In this document: positions 30,357 to 41,841 of the stretch, one piece after another
How positions within the stretch are numbered: position 1 is the first letter of the stretch
Layout: each line of letters starts with the position of its first letter
Source: a virus
Taxonomy: Duplodnaviria > Heunggongvirae > Uroviricota > Caudoviricetes
Length of the DNA stretch: 64,000 nt
Virus record (IMG/VR): IMGVR_UViG_2667527582_000007
Strand: one strand, 5' to 3'
Notes under the pieces: generated by a model
Told to the model about the DNA's origin: nothing
Database searches by the model: none
Seen by the model: the letters and a program-made list of their open reading frames with translations, nothing else
Translations under genes and position numbers: made by a program

Positions 30357-32032
30357 CTCAATTTACGCAAAATACCGCCATGCCTTCTTCCCTCTGGCAA
30401 TACTGGCGCGGCCTTTCCGGCTGGAACTTCTATTTTCTGGTTAAGTTCGGCCTGTTGTGGGCGGGATATCTTAACTTCCATCCGCTCCTCAATTTGGTGT
30501 TTGCCGCGTTTCTGCTGATGCCCCTTCCGCGCTACAGCCTGCATCGCTTGCGCCACTGGATTGCCCTGCCGATCGGCTTTGCTTTGTTCTGGCATGACAC
30601 CTGGTTGCCTGGCCCGGAAAGCATAATGAGCCAGGGTTCGCAGGTGGCGGGGTTCAGTACCGATTATTTAATCGACCTTGTCACACGCTTTATTAACTGG
30701 CAGATGATTGGGGCCATTTTTGTTTTATTAGTGGCCTGGTTATTCCTGTCACAATGGATTCGCATTACCGTTTTTGTGGTTGCCATACTGCTATGGCTGA
30801 ACGTACTTACCCTGGCGGGACCAAGTTTCTCCTTGTGGCCAGCCGGACAACCGACGACCACTGTAACAACGACGGGTGGTAACGCAGCGGCAACCGTTGC
30901 GGCGACGGGTGGCGCACCGGTAGTGGGTGATATGCCCGCACAAACTGCACCGCCAACAACGGCGAACCTTAACGCCTGGCTGAATAATTTCTATAACGCG
31001 GAGGCGAAACGTAAATCGACCTTCCCGTCTTCGCTGCCCGCTGATGCTCAGCCATTTGAACTACTGGTGATTAACATCTGTTCGCTTTCCTGGTCGGATA
31101 TAGAAGCCGCCGGGTTGATGTCGCATCCACTGTGGTCGCATTTCGATATTGAGTTCAAGAACTTTAACTCCGCCACCTCCTACAGTGGCCCGGCGGCGAT
31201 CCGTTTACTGCGCGCCAGCTGCGGGCAGACTTCGCACACTAATCTGTATCAACCGGCAAATAACGACTGCTATCTGTTTGATAACCTTTCGAAACTGGGC
31301 TTTACCCAGCACCTGATGATGGGACATAACGGCCAGTTCGGCGGTTTTTTGAAAGAAGTTCGCGAAAATGGCGGCATGCAGAGCGAATTGATGGATCAAA
31401 CAAATCTGCCGGTTATTTTGCTGGGCTTTGATGGTTCGCCGGTTTATGACGATACCGCTGTGCTTAACCGCTGGCTGGACGTTACCGAAAAAGATAAAAA
31501 CAGCCGTAGTGCCACGTTCTACAACACGCTTCCACTGCATGACGGCAACCATTATCCGGGGGTCAGCAAAACAGCGGATTACAAAGCGCGGGCGCAGAAA
31601 TTCTTTGATGAACTGGACGCCTTCTTTACTGAACTTGAGAAATCGGGTCGTAAAGTGATGGTGGTCGTGGTGCCGGAACACGGCGGCGCGCTGAAGGGCG
31701 ACAGAATGCAGGTATCTGGCCTACGTGATATCCCTAGCCCGTCTATCACCGACGTCCCCGTTGGGGTGAAATTCTTCGGCATGAAGGCACCGCATCAGGG
31801 GGCACCGATTGTCATCGAACAACCGAGCAGCTTCCTGGCTATCTCCGATCTGGTGGTTCGCGTTCTCGATGGCAAGATTTTCACCGAAGACAATGTTGAC
31901 TGGAAAAAACTCACCAGTGGGTTGCCACAAACAGCACCGGTCTCCGAGAACTCAAATGCAGTAGTTATTCAATACCAGGATAAACCGTACGTTCGCCTGA
32001 ACGGCGGCGACTGGGTGCCTTACCCGCAGTAA
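30353..32032 (+). CDS. bcsG: cellulose biosynthesis protein BcsG (559 aa)
   Basis: [76 protein letters not shown]... Confidence 0.85.
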
Positions 32033-32037
32033 GAACG

Positions 32038-32072
32038 AAAAAGGCCGCAGAGTTTCCCCCCTGCGGCCTGGT
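32038..32072 (+). terminator. rho-independent terminator after bcsG
   Basis: aaaaaggccgcagagtttccccctgcggcctgg hairpin. Confidence 0.5.
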
Positions 32073-32089
32073 CCGGGCGCAAATTGCCA

Positions 32090-32580
32090 TTACGGCAGCC
32101 TGACGCCCGCATGGCACGTTACTTCCGCTTGTTCAGCCAGTTCACGATCATACTGGCAAGAATACCAGCAATGACCGGAGCCGCTAAATCATGCCAGAAG
32201 GCCATGCCCAGTTCTGCGAGCGTCATATAGCCGCCTGTATTGTAATGACAACGTTTCGCGGCTATTCTTGTATTGTTTGGATGCAAGAATGGCCCCCGTG
32301 GTGTTGTCAGGTGCATACCTGCAACGTGCGGGGGTTTTCTCTCTCCAGCAACCAATGCCACCAGGGATTAAGCCCCCGCAACATTGCGCCTCACCGGAAT
32401 CCTTCCGGCTTGACGCTGATTCTACGACTGTTTTTCTGTTCCGGAATCCGTCTCATCTTCACTCTGTGCTGCGCATTCCGCAGAATATTATCCGCTTGCA
32501 ACCGTTGCATTTTTCTTACGAAAAAGGCCGCAGAGTTTCACCCCTGCGGCCTGGTCCGGGCGCAAATTGCCATTACGGCA
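32090..32580. repeat. LDR unit, copy 1
   Basis: ~480-nt unit repeated in tandem; contains ldr and the upstream antisense (rdl) region. Confidence 0.75.
32119..32226 (-). CDS. ldrD: Ldr type I toxin (35 aa), copy 1
   Basis: MTLAELGMAFWHDLAAPVIAGILASMIVNWLNKRK; position after bcsG matches the known ldrD locus. Confidence 0.85.
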   Translation of the reverse strand: MTLAELGMAFWHDLAAPVIAGILASMIVNWLNKRK

Positions 32581-32848
32581 GCCTGACGCCCGCATGACAC
32601 GTTACTTCCGCTTATTCAGCCAGTTCACGATCATACTGGCAAGAATGCCAGCAATGACCGGAGCCGCTAAATCATGCCAGAAGGCCATGCCCAGTTCTGC
32701 GAGCGTCATATAGCCGCCTGTGTTGTAATGCCAACGTTTCGCGGCTATTCTTGAGTTGTTTGGGTTCAAGATTAGCCCCCGTGATGTTGTCAGGTGCATA
32801 CCTGCAACGTGCGGGGGTTTTCTCTCTCCAGCAACCAATGCCACCAGG
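32581..32848. repeat. LDR unit, copy 2 (truncated by gap)
   Basis: Second tandem copy with small sequence differences from copy 1. Confidence 0.75.
32602..32709 (-). CDS. ldr: Ldr type I toxin (35 aa), copy 2
   Basis: Identical 35-aa product; stop at 32602-32604, start codon at 32707-32709. Confidence 0.85.
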   Translation of the reverse strand: MTLAELGMAFWHDLAAPVIAGILASMIVNWLNKRK

Positions 32849-32858
32849 NNNNNNNNNN

Positions 32859-33159
32859 CGCCGGTTTTAAGGGATTAATTACTTCAAAAGTAAAATCTCG
32901 CCCGCAATGTTGTGACGATGACGCGATGATCATTTGCGGGTGCATGGCCCGTCTGAAAAAGAACAACAGCGATTTGCACGATTTATTAGTAGATTATTAT
33001 GTAGTCGGTATGACATTCATGTCACTGGCAGGTAAGCATTGCTGCTCTGATGGTTATATCGGGAAAAGGTTACAGAAGGCTGAGGGCATAATTGAAGGGA
33101 TGTTAATGGCATTAGATATCCGGTTAGAGATGGATATCGTTGTTAATAACTCTAATTAA
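32859..33159 (+). CDS. Cys-rich phage protein C-terminal fragment (possible Q antiterminator)
   Basis: ...[66 protein letters not shown]...; convergent with the porin gene; tentative, by context. Confidence 0.3.
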
Positions 33160-33347
33160 TACGCCAATTATTTACTAAAAGTTATTAAAAATGGGGCGTT
33201 GAGACGCCCCCAAAAATAAAGGGTAATATATAACAGAAGGTTTATATAGTTAGAAGCAAGGTTGTGCTCCTAAAGGAAGTGGCTTGAGGGAGCCACTTAT
33301 ATGTTGGGGAGGCAAAGCCTCCCGCAACATATCTTTTAGTAATCAAA

Positions 33348-34013
33348 TTAGAACTGGTAAACCATACCTACAGCAACGATATCATCGGTAGCAACGCCAG
33401 ATGCTTTCGTGAAATCGCTCTTATCAATCAGGTTGATTTTGTAATCAACAAAAGTGGACATATTTTTGTTGAAGTAATAGGTTGCACCTACATCAATATA
33501 TTCAACCAAGTCCTGATCACCCCACGCACCCAAGTCTTTTCCTTTAGATTGCAGGTAAGCAACGGACGGACGCAGACCGAAGTCGAACTGATATTGTGCA
33601 ACTACTTCGAAGTTTTGTGCTTTGTTGGCAATATGGTTATTACCAAAAACAGTCATGTTCTGGGTTTCAGAATAGGTGGTAGCCAGATAGATGTTGTTCG
33701 CATCATATTTCAGACCAGCTGCCCATACTTCAGCATTTTGACCAGATGCATTCAGGCTGTTGTTACCGTAGATAACCTGATTATTAGTGCGGTCAGATTT
33801 AGCATAGGTTGCACCTACACCGAATCCTTCATACTCATAAGTAGTGGAGAAACCGAAACCATCACCATTAGCTTCAGTTACGTCAGTGCGGTCATTTTTA
33901 CCCTGATACTGAGCAGCAAAGTTCAGACCATCAACCAGACCAAAGAAGTCATTGTTACGATAAGTTGCAACACCTGTGGTGCGACCAGTCATGAATACAT
34001 CTGTTTGGGTCCA
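33348..34013 (-). CDS. general porin (OmpC/NmpC/PhoE family), C-terminal part
   Basis: ...[81 protein letters not shown]; N-terminal part lies in the 269-N gap. Confidence 0.8.
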   Translation of the reverse strand, partial: WTQTDVFMTGRTTGVATYRNNDFFGLVDGLNFAAQYQGKNDRTDVTEANGDGFGFSTTYEYEGFGVGATYAKSDRTNNQVIYGNNSLNASGQNAEVWAAGLKYDANNIYLATTYSETQNMTVFGNNHIANKAQNFEVVAQYQFDFGLRPSVAYLQSKGKDLGAWGDQDLVEYIDVGATYYFNKNMSTFVDYKINLIDKSDFTKASGVATDDIVAVGMVYQF

Positions 34014-35140
34014 NNNNNNNNNNNNNNNNNNNNNNNNNNNNNNNNNNNNNNNNNNNNNNNNNNNNNNNNNNNNNNNNNNNNNNNNNNNNNNNNNNNNNNN
34101 NNNNNNNNNNNNNNNNNNNNNNNNNNNNNNNNNNNNNNNNNNNNNNNNNNNNNNNNNNNNNNNNNNNNNNNNNNNNNNNNNNNNNNNNNNNNNNNNNNNN
34201 NNNNNNNNNNNNNNNNNNNNNNNNNNNNNNNNNNNNNNNNNNNNNNNNNNNNNNNNNNNNNNNNNNNNNNNNNNNNNNNNNNCTTTTTTCTCAGCTATCG
34301 TCCTCTTATTTTGCCGTTACATTTCTTTTTGCACTCTAATGATTAATTTACAATAATAATATCGGTAATTATTGAGTAATAATAAATTGATTATTGCAAA
34401 TGTAATTTAATTCCATCTTCGCGTTATATTCCAATCTTTAATCTCCGCATGGAACAAGTTGCATGCGTGACTATATTAAGACAACTTATAACCACCAAAA
34501 CATTTGCTTTGCAAGCAAAAACAGTGACCATTGACTCTAAGAAAATTCCGATCTATTGTTAGGATCATCAAAGTTACTTAACAGTATTCCGAAATGAAAA
34601 TACAAAGCAAGCTAATTGTCTTATTAAACATTATCATTGCATTTATATTATTTGAGCTTTTAGCTCAAAAATTTGGTTTGAGTACATTATTTTAAAGCAA
34701 GATAAACAATATCGGGCACTCTAGTTTTTATAATTAACAATTAAACGTCCATAAAATGTTATTTACTTTTCTTCGCTATTGTCATATCTTAATATTGTGG
34801 CTTACGCCACTCTACTTTCATCACATTTTGTACGTTTATGTACTCGCCATGAAGCTCTTTCATGGCGATTTTTTATTCTTAATCCAAGAACATACTCCCT
34901 ACCTATAGCAAAATCACTTTTTTAACAAAAGAATAACGTATTTAGGTAATCATTACGAATTTACCCTATAGGTGCTACTGGCCATTCAATATCCGGTGCT
35001 ACTGATGTATCAACACTGTTCAGCAACACCCGATATGTCTTCCATGCCGTCAGTAACGATGTCTCTTCCTCCGTTGCGATCTCCAGCTCAGCAACAGTCT
35101 GAACGTACCAGGAACAGCCTCCTTCAGGGCTTGAAGGATA

Positions 35141-35466
35141 TCAATGTTCGCTTCCTGTTAACTGCCGGACAAGTGCAACCAGTTCGCTTACCTGATTTTC
35201 CAGAGTGCTGATCCGGGTGCCTGCTGTTGCCAGATTTTGACGTAGCGTTGTGTTTTCCTCTTCCAGCGCGGTAACGCGATCATCTGTTTCACGGGCGACC
35301 TGAACAAGTAACCCCGTCACGGCGGCGTAGTCAACATTCAGATAACGTGTTTCTTCACGTAATTCATTGCCGTCAACCGTTGGTCCCTGCAACTCTTCAC
35401 CGTAATGAGTAAACGATCCCACAGCTTCTGGTATCGCCTCCATTACTTCCTGTGCAATAACGCCAG
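35141..35466 (-). CDS. tail fiber/tailspike C-terminal intramolecular chaperone-like domain (Peptidase_S74-like)
   Basis: GVIAQEVMEAIPEAVGSFTHYGEEL...ALEEENTTLRQNLATAGTRISTLENQVSELVALVRQLTGSEH; GxIAQEV motif plus coiled coil. Confidence 0.45.
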
Positions 35467-35476
35467 NNNNNNNNNN

Positions 35477-35820
35477 GTGCCTGGCACACGCGTTTGATGG
35501 AAGACGGCGTTCAGGCAATGCGCGATTATCTTGCCGGACTGGATATCGCTTCGCCAGAGCATCAGGTTCTGATGAACGTAACAGCAAAAAGCGAGGTCGC
35601 TCCGTCAATTATCAAAGAAAATCTCTCATTACACTTAACTCATACGGTGAAATGGACTGAATCTCTCGATACATTTCTGAATATGCCAACCCCGGTAGCT
35701 TTCCTTGAAATAAGTAATAAGCCCTATTTGGGGAATATGTTAAATGATTTTGCTGGCGTGGATCAGCAACGAGTTATGCATTGTCGTAAAGCATTTAGTG
35801 ATGCAAAGGTATTCAAATGA
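35477..35820 (+). pseudogene. ymdE: acyltransferase-domain fragment (YmdE-like), 5' truncated
   Basis: ...QAMRDYLAGLDIASPEHQVLMNVTAKSEVAPSIIKENLSLHLTHTVKWTESLDTFLNMPTPVAFLEISNKPYLGNMLNDFAGVD... Confidence 0.5.
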
Positions 35821-36803
35821 TTCCTGATTATTTAACTTTTATTCGCTTTCAGGATAAACGAAATCTGATATACATTTATGCTATTGGACTTATTCTGATA
35901 GGCTTTTATTGGAAGAATGCAGGGTTTACTTTTCCATCAGAGGATATTGGTGTAGTTAGTGGGATTCTGGCTCTGGTGCTGTATAATTTTATTTTTGATC
36001 TCAAGGCGTACTGGGCTTATAAATGCGTCACGAAGAATATCGATTTTTCGTGGTTTAAGAAAAAGCAGAACCACAAAATAGAATTATTTCTTACACAACC
36101 TCTGGTGGCAGGATTTCTGTCGTTAATCATGTTGAGTGCAATGAGTTGGGGGCTATACCAGCTTCTACCCTCGTTATATGCGCTGTTCCTGATTTCGTTA
36201 CTTGGGCCGTTGGTCATCTTTCTGCTGTTTCGGATGATCCGCACCAGTTATGTCAAGCAGGTCGCTATTTCAGTAGCGAAAAAAGTAAAATATAAAAGTC
36301 TGACTCGCTATGTGCTGCTTTCGGTGTGCATCTCAACGGTTGTTAACCTGCTTACTATCAGCCCGTTGCGTAACAGTGATTCTTTTGTGACAGAGGGGCA
36401 GTGGTTAACGTTTAAATCGATAATTGCATTGCTCATTCTTTGTGGCGTAGTGTTGGCGATTAATCTGTTTTTTCTGCGCTTCTCCAAGCGGTACGCTTTT
36501 CTGGGCAGGCTTTTTTTGCAGGAAATCGATCTGTTTTTCTCCAGTGAAAATGCGTTGTCGACCTTTTTTGCCAAGCCGCTTTGGCTTCGGTTATTCATAT
36601 TGCTGGTTATTGAAGTGATGTGGATTACGCTAGTGTCGGTATTGGCAACGCTTGTGGAATGGCGGATTTGGTTTGAAGCCTATTTTTTACTCTGCTATGT
36701 ACCGTGCTTAATTTACTATTTTTTCTATTGTCGATTCCTCTGGCATAACGATTTTATGATGGCATGTGACATGTATTTCCGTTGGGGGCATTTTAATAAG
36801 TGA
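35817..36803 (+). CDS. ycdU: inner-membrane protein YcdU-like (328 aa, multi-TM)
   Basis: [39 protein letters not shown]...; hydrophobic; AT-rich; followed by a tRNA-Ser(GGA) gene as at the K-12 ycdU-serX locus. Confidence 0.55.
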
Positions 36804-36925
36804 GGAAGTGATAGGAAGTGACCAGATAATACATATATGTTCTGTACTCTCTTGCGCATTTTGATTGTTGACTGAGTAACCAGACAGTTGATGTGCACGA
36901 TTTCCCCTCGCCCTAACAGACGTGG

Positions 36926-37014
36926 GCGGGGGTACCCGGTGTGTGCAATATACGAAAAAAAAGCCCGTACTTTCGTACGAGCTCTTCTTTAAATATGGCG
37001 GTGAGGGGGGGATT
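36926..37014. repeat. direct repeat copy A: bidirectional terminator plus 19-nt tRNA-Ser 3'-end copy
   Basis: ccggtgtgtgcaatatacgaaaaaaaagcccgtactttcgtacgagctcttctttaaatatggcggtgagggggggatt, then diverges (gactcgc...). Confidence 0.6.
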
Positions 37015-37104
37015 GACTCGCTTCGCTCGCCCTGCGGGCAGCCCGCTCACTGCGTTCACGGTCTGTCCAACTGGCTGTCGCCAGTTGTCGACCCCCGGTC
37101 GGGG

Positions 37105-37177
37105 CTTCTCATCCCCCCCGGTGTGTGCAATATACGAAAAAAAAGCCCGTACTTTCGTACGGGCTTTTTTTTAAATA
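37105..37177. repeat. direct repeat copy B: tRNA-Ser terminator region
   Basis: ccggtgtgtgcaatatacgaaaaaaaagcccgtactttcgtacgggcttttttttaaata; hairpin gcccgtactttcgtacgggc flanked by A- and T-runs. Confidence 0.6.
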
Positions 37178-37233
37178 TGGCGGTGAGGGGGGGATTCGAA
37201 CCCCCGATACGTTGCCGTATACACACTTTCCAG
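37178..37233 (-). tRNA. serX: tRNA-Ser (GGA), 5' part lost in gap
   Basis: Reverse complement CTGGAAAGTGTGTATACGGCAACGTATCGGGGGTTCGAATCCCCCCCTCACCGCCA. Confidence 0.85.
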
Positions 37234-37243
37234 NNNNNNNNNN

Positions 37244-37505
37244 TGTCGGCAACCTGTACCGCCTGATGCGGGGCTATGCGGAAGGTGGTTATGTGGGCGG
37301 TGCCGGAAGTCCGGCGCAGATGCGGCGGGCTGAAGGCATTAATTTTAATCAGAACAATCACGTGGTGATTCAGAACGACGGTACGAATGGTCTGCCAGGT
37401 CCACAGATGATGAAGGCGGTGTATGACATGGCCCGCAAGGGTGCCCGTGATGAAATCCAGGCACAGATGCGCGATGGTGGTCTGTTCTCCGGAGGTGGAC
37501 GATGA
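37244..37505 (+). CDS. H: tape-measure protein H, C-terminal fragment (second variant)
   Basis: VGNLYRLMRGYAEGGYVGGAGSPAQMRRAEGINFNQNNHVVIQNDGTNGLPGPQMMKAVYDMARKGARDEIQAQMRDGGLFSGGGR. Confidence 0.8.
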
Positions 37506-37655
37506 AAACCTTCCGCTGGAAAGTGAAACCCGGTATGGATGTGGCTTCGGTCCCTTCTGTAAGAAAGGTGCGCTTTGGTGATGGCTATTCTCAGCGAGCG
37601 CCTGCCGGGCTGAATGCCAACCTGAAAACGTACAGCGTGACGCTTTCTGTCCCCC
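37502..37655 (+). CDS. M: minor tail protein M, N-terminal part
   Basis: MKTFRWKVKPGMDVASVPSVRKVRFGDGYSQRAPAGLNANLKTYSVTLSVP. Confidence 0.8.
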
Positions 37656-37665
37656 NNNNNNNNNN

Positions 37666-37841
37666 ACGCCGCCAGCTTGCGTACAAGCAGCTCTGGCGTG
37701 GTGGTCAGGTGCTTGCTGTTCCGCCAGCGTACACAAGCCAGCGTTGCGTGTGCTGTGGTCATACAGCGAAAGAAAATCGCCTGTCACAAAGTAAATTCAG
37801 ATGCCAGGTATGTGGATATACAGCGAACGCCGATGTAAATG
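37666..37841 (+). mobile_element. tnpB: IS200/IS605-family tnpB fragment (zinc-finger/RuvC-III region)
   Basis: [58 protein letters not shown]. Confidence 0.7.
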
Positions 37842-38275
37842 NNNNNNNNNNTACCATTTGACCGGAATGTGAATATTTATGGTGGGCTATTGGCAAAAAA
37901 ATATCTGGAAAGTAGATCGCAGAAAATAAAAAAACCTGCTGGTGAGGCAGGTTCTTTTATTTACTACTTTGATGTTAAGTTACTGATAGTGCAACATGGC
38001 ATCTCAACGAACGAATTATAACCACCTCTGGACAGTGTTGCAATTAAGATAATGAGATTTATAATCCTGACTGTTGGGAAGTTGCGCCGGATCGAACCCA
38101 TTTCAAGTCCTGGCTACCGGACGGGTGGTGCCGCAGGTAGTGCTCTGATCCGGAGTGCAACATGGCGACTCAACAAACGTAAACCAGTATCGACAGGCAG
38201 TGTAAGGTGCTGGTGTTGCGCTCCTTAATAAGGAGAGCGGATGGACACGCTGACACAAAAGTTAANNNNNNNNNN

Positions 38276-38803
38276 ACCGCCGGACTGCGTGATGTTGTTC
38301 GCCACACTGCGGCCCATATCCACTTCAACCGGCTCGAAGGCTTCACCGGTCATGGTGTATTTGCCCTTAAGCACGGCAGAAACTGCCTGCATCTCTTCGA
38401 CCTGAGCAATGGCCAGCTCTTCGTCTCGCATGTTCTGCAGGATGATGCGACGGCGGCGGTAAGCCGGGTCCGCCAGATTCTGTGGATCTTCATCCGGCAG
38501 GCGACGCAGGGTCATCTGCGGATTCACCTCATGCTTGGGCTTGACATATCCCGGTGTAAATTCAGAGGTGGATCCGCCACGGGAACGGATAACCTCACCG
38601 GAAACAATCGGCGAAACGTACAGCGCCATGTTTACCAGTCCCGGAATTTGTGAGAGATAGACTTTCTCCGTAGTGAAGGGATAGCTCTCACGGAAAAAGA
38701 GACGCAGAAACAGCGGATCAAACTTAAATTTCTGCTCATTTGCCGCCAGCAGCTGGGCGGTTGTGTACATCGACATAAAAAAATCCCGTAAAAAAAGCCG
38801 CAC
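38276..38803 (-). CDS. E: major capsid protein E, N-terminal part
   Basis: MSMYTTAQLLAANEQKFKFDPLFLRLFFRESYPFTTEKVYLSQIPGLVNMALYVSPIVSGEVIRSRGGSTSEFTPGYVKPKHEV... Confidence 0.85.
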
Positions 38804-38831
38804 AGGCGGCCTTTAGTGATGAAGGGTAAAG

Positions 38832-39164
38832 TTAAACGATGCTGATTGCCGTTCCGGCAAACGCGGTCCGTTTTTTCGTCTCGTCGCTGGCAGCCTCCGG
38901 CCAGAGCACATCCTCATAACGGAACGTGCCGGACTTGTAGAACGTCAGCGTGGTGCTGGTCTGGTCAGCAGCAACCGCAAGAATGCCAACGGCAGCACCG
39001 TCGGTGGTGCCATCCCACGCAACCAGCTTACGGGTGGAGGTGTCCAGCATCAGCGGGGTCATTGCAGGCGCTTTCGCACTCAATCCGCCGGGCGCGGTTG
39101 CGGTATGAGCCGGGTCACTATTGCCCAGCGGCTGGTAATGGGTAAAGGTTTCTTTGCTCGTCAT
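38832..39164 (-). CDS. D: head decoration protein D (110 aa)
   Basis: [110 protein letters not shown]. Confidence 0.85.
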   Translation of the reverse strand: MTSKETFTHYQPLGNSDPAHTATAPGGLSAKAPAMTPLMLDTSTRKLVAWDGTTDGAAVGILAVAADQTSTTLTFYKSGTFRYEDVLWPEAASDETKKRTAFAGTAISIV

Positions 39165-39194
39165 AAACATCCCTTACACTGGTGNNNNNNNNNN

Positions 39195-39966
39195 TTAAGG
39201 TCTAGACATTTTGTAGCACCAGTTGAACCACCGTATGTAAACCTTATTGTTAATCGACCTTGCTCATTTGGAAAAGTCTGAACATACATATCAGCGGCAA
39301 GGCGCACAGTGTTGTCATTTGCTAACAGCCTCGTATGGAGCATTCCGCCAGTAGTGTATGCGCCAGTAGAATCACTATATCTATCAAGAAATAGACTGTT
39401 AAGTTGAGGGCTGTTATCCCTGCCTAATCCAAGATTAGTTCTTGCACCATCAATAGTTGCCGCACCAGTACCACCATGAGAAACATCAAGTGGTATCCAT
39501 TTTTTTTGTGTGTCGCTGTAACAACCCCATGATGAGGCGGTTAAACCAAGTCGCATGGATTTATCATGATTATATAACCATGTTTCGCTATTCCATTGGT
39601 CAAGACGGTCAACTTCATCCTTTCTTGCGTGACGTGTCCATTGCGGGCCTGTGGCGCTCGACCAGCGATAGGTATACAGGGATCTTGAATTCCAACCCTG
39701 GAATATACCCGCATATGTAGGAGAACCATCGCAACCGCTAATAAAGCCTGTTAAGTACGACTCACCTGAAGCAATGGACGGAAAACCAGTGGCTGCTTCA
39801 CGAATACGCATAAATCCGATATACCCTGATGGGTTGCCGGAAATATCAGGACAATCACGCGGAGCTGAGCCAAGACCGATATTACCCCCAACAATTACTT
39901 GCGCCTGGTTGCGATAATTAAGTGCGTCCGCCGCAGATTTCGCCGCGTTTGTTTCACTGGATTTAG
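39195..39966 (-). CDS. prophage side tail fiber protein fragment
   Basis: ...NYRNQAQVIVGGNIGLGSAPRDCPDISGNPSGYIGFMRIREAATGFPSIASGESYLTGFISGCDGSPTYAGIFQGW...RLAADMYVQTFPNEQGRLTIRFTYGGSTGATKCLDL. Confidence 0.6.
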
Positions 39967-39976
39967 NNNNNNNNNN

Positions 39977-40257
39977 CCCCTTCTGTAAGAAAGGTGCGCT
40001 TTGGTGATGGCTATTCCCAGCGAGCGCCTGCCGGGCTGAATGCCAACCTGAAAACGTACAGCGTGACGCTTTCTGTCCCCCGTGAGGAGGCCACGGTACT
40101 GGAGTCGTTTCTGGAAGAGCACGGGGGCTGGAAAGCCTTTCTGTGGACGCCGCCTTATGAGTGGCGGCAGATAAAGGTGACCTGCGCAAAATGGTCGTCG
40201 CGGGTCAGTATGCTGCGTGTTGAGTTCAGCGCAGAGTTTGAACAGGTGGTGAACTGA
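39977..40257 (+). CDS. M: minor tail protein M, C-terminal part
   Basis: ...RFGDGYSQRAPAGLNANLKTYSVTLSVPREEATVLESFLEEHGGWKAFLWTPPYEWRQIKVTCAKWSSRVSMLRVEFSAEFEQVVN. Confidence 0.85.
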
Positions 40258-40950
40258 TGCAGGATATCCGGCAGGAAACACTGAATGAATGCACCCGTGC
40301 GGAGCAGTCGGCCAGCGTGGTGCTCTGGGAAATCGACCTGACAGAGGTCGGTGGAGAACGTTATTTTTTCTGTAATGAGCAGAACGAAAAAGGTGAGCCG
40401 GTCACCTGGCAGGGGCGACAGTATCAGCCGTATCCCATTCAGGGGAGTGGTTTTGAACTGAATGGCAAAGGCACCAGTACGCGCCCCACGCTGACGGTTT
40501 CTAACCTGTACGGTATGGTCACCGGGATGGCGGAAGATCTGCAGAGTCTGGTCGGCGGAACGGTGGTCCGGCGTAAGGTTTACGCCCGTTTTCTGGATGC
40601 GGTGAACTTCGTCAACGGAAACAGTGACGCCGATCCGGAGCAGGAGGTGATCAGCCGCTGGCGCATCGAGCAGTGCAGCGAACTGAGCGCGGTGAGTGCC
40701 TCTTTTGTACTGTCCACGCCGACGGAAACGGACGGCGCTGTTTTTCCGGGACGTATCATGCTGGCCAACACCTGCACCTGGACCTATCGCGGCGATGAGT
40801 GCGGTTATCACGGTCCGGCGGTCGCGGATGAATATGACCAGCCAACGTCCGATATCACGAAGGATAAATGCAGCAAATGCCTGAGTGGCTGTAAGTTTCG
40901 CAATAACGTCGGCAACTTTGGCGGCTTCCTTTCCATTAACAAACTTTCGC
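40257..40950 (+). CDS. L: minor tail protein L, C-terminus lost in gap
   Basis: MQDIRQETLNECTRAEQSASVVLWEIDLTEVGGERYFFCNEQNEKGEPVTWQGRQYQPYPIQGSGFELNGKGTSTRPTLTVSNLYGMVTGMAEDLQSLVGG... Confidence 0.85.
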
Positions 40951-40960
40951 NNNNNNNNNN

Positions 40961-41841
40961 GCAGGGTAGCCGAAGCTCCACTTCAGTTCTGGCATAAACT
41001 CAAAGTTCATGCCATAGCTGGAAGCAACGAGCGTCGGCGGCAGGAATACCACGGATACCACCGAGAAGATTTTGATGATGCGGTTCTGCTCGATGTTGAT
41101 AAAACCCATTGCCGCCTGCATCAGGAAGTTCACCTTCTGGAACAGGGATTCGTTATGCGGCAGCAGGGATTCGATATCTCGCAGGATTTCACGCGCCTGC
41201 TCCAGTTGCCCACCCGGTAAACGCGCTTTACGCACCAGGAAGTTGAGCGCGCGCTGGGTATCCATCAGACACAGGCGAACTTTCCAGCCGATATCTTCCA
41301 GTTCCGCCAGAGTGGAGAGCGCCTCGTCGTACTCATCGCCCTGATGCCCTTCCATAATCACCCGGCTCAACTGCTCCAGGTCGCTATAGATATTTTCAAT
41401 TTCATCTGCCAACTGTTCGATTTTGGTTTCGAACAGATCCAGCAGCAACTCGTAGGCGTTACCGTCTACCATCGACTGGCTACGGGCACGCATACGATAC
41501 AGACGAAAAGCGGGCAGTTCACGCTCACGCAGAGTAAACAGACGACCATCACGGATGGTAAATGCCACAGTGGAGTTACCGGCGTGATCTTCCGCATCTT
41601 CAAAGAAGAAGAAGGAGTGAATATGCAGGCCGTCGTCGTCTTCAAAGAAACGTGCCGATGCTTCGATGTCTTCCAGTTCCGGGCGGGTTGCCAGGCTCTG
41701 ACCAAGTTCAGATTGTACGCGCAGTCGCTCGTCGTCGTCCGGTTCGACAAGATCAATCCATACTGCATTTACAAGGGGTTGTGACTCTTCGACTTCCAGC
41801 CGGGTCAGTCGGTTATTTTCCAGTTGAAATGCGCTCAGCAT
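40961..41841 (-). CDS. corA: magnesium/cobalt transporter CorA, extreme C-terminus lost in gap
   Basis: [122 protein letters not shown]...[18 protein letters not shown]. Confidence 0.9.

Noticed and set aside
33549-34356. Plus-strand ORFs spanning the 269-nt N run
   Set aside because: Artefact of translating N as X.
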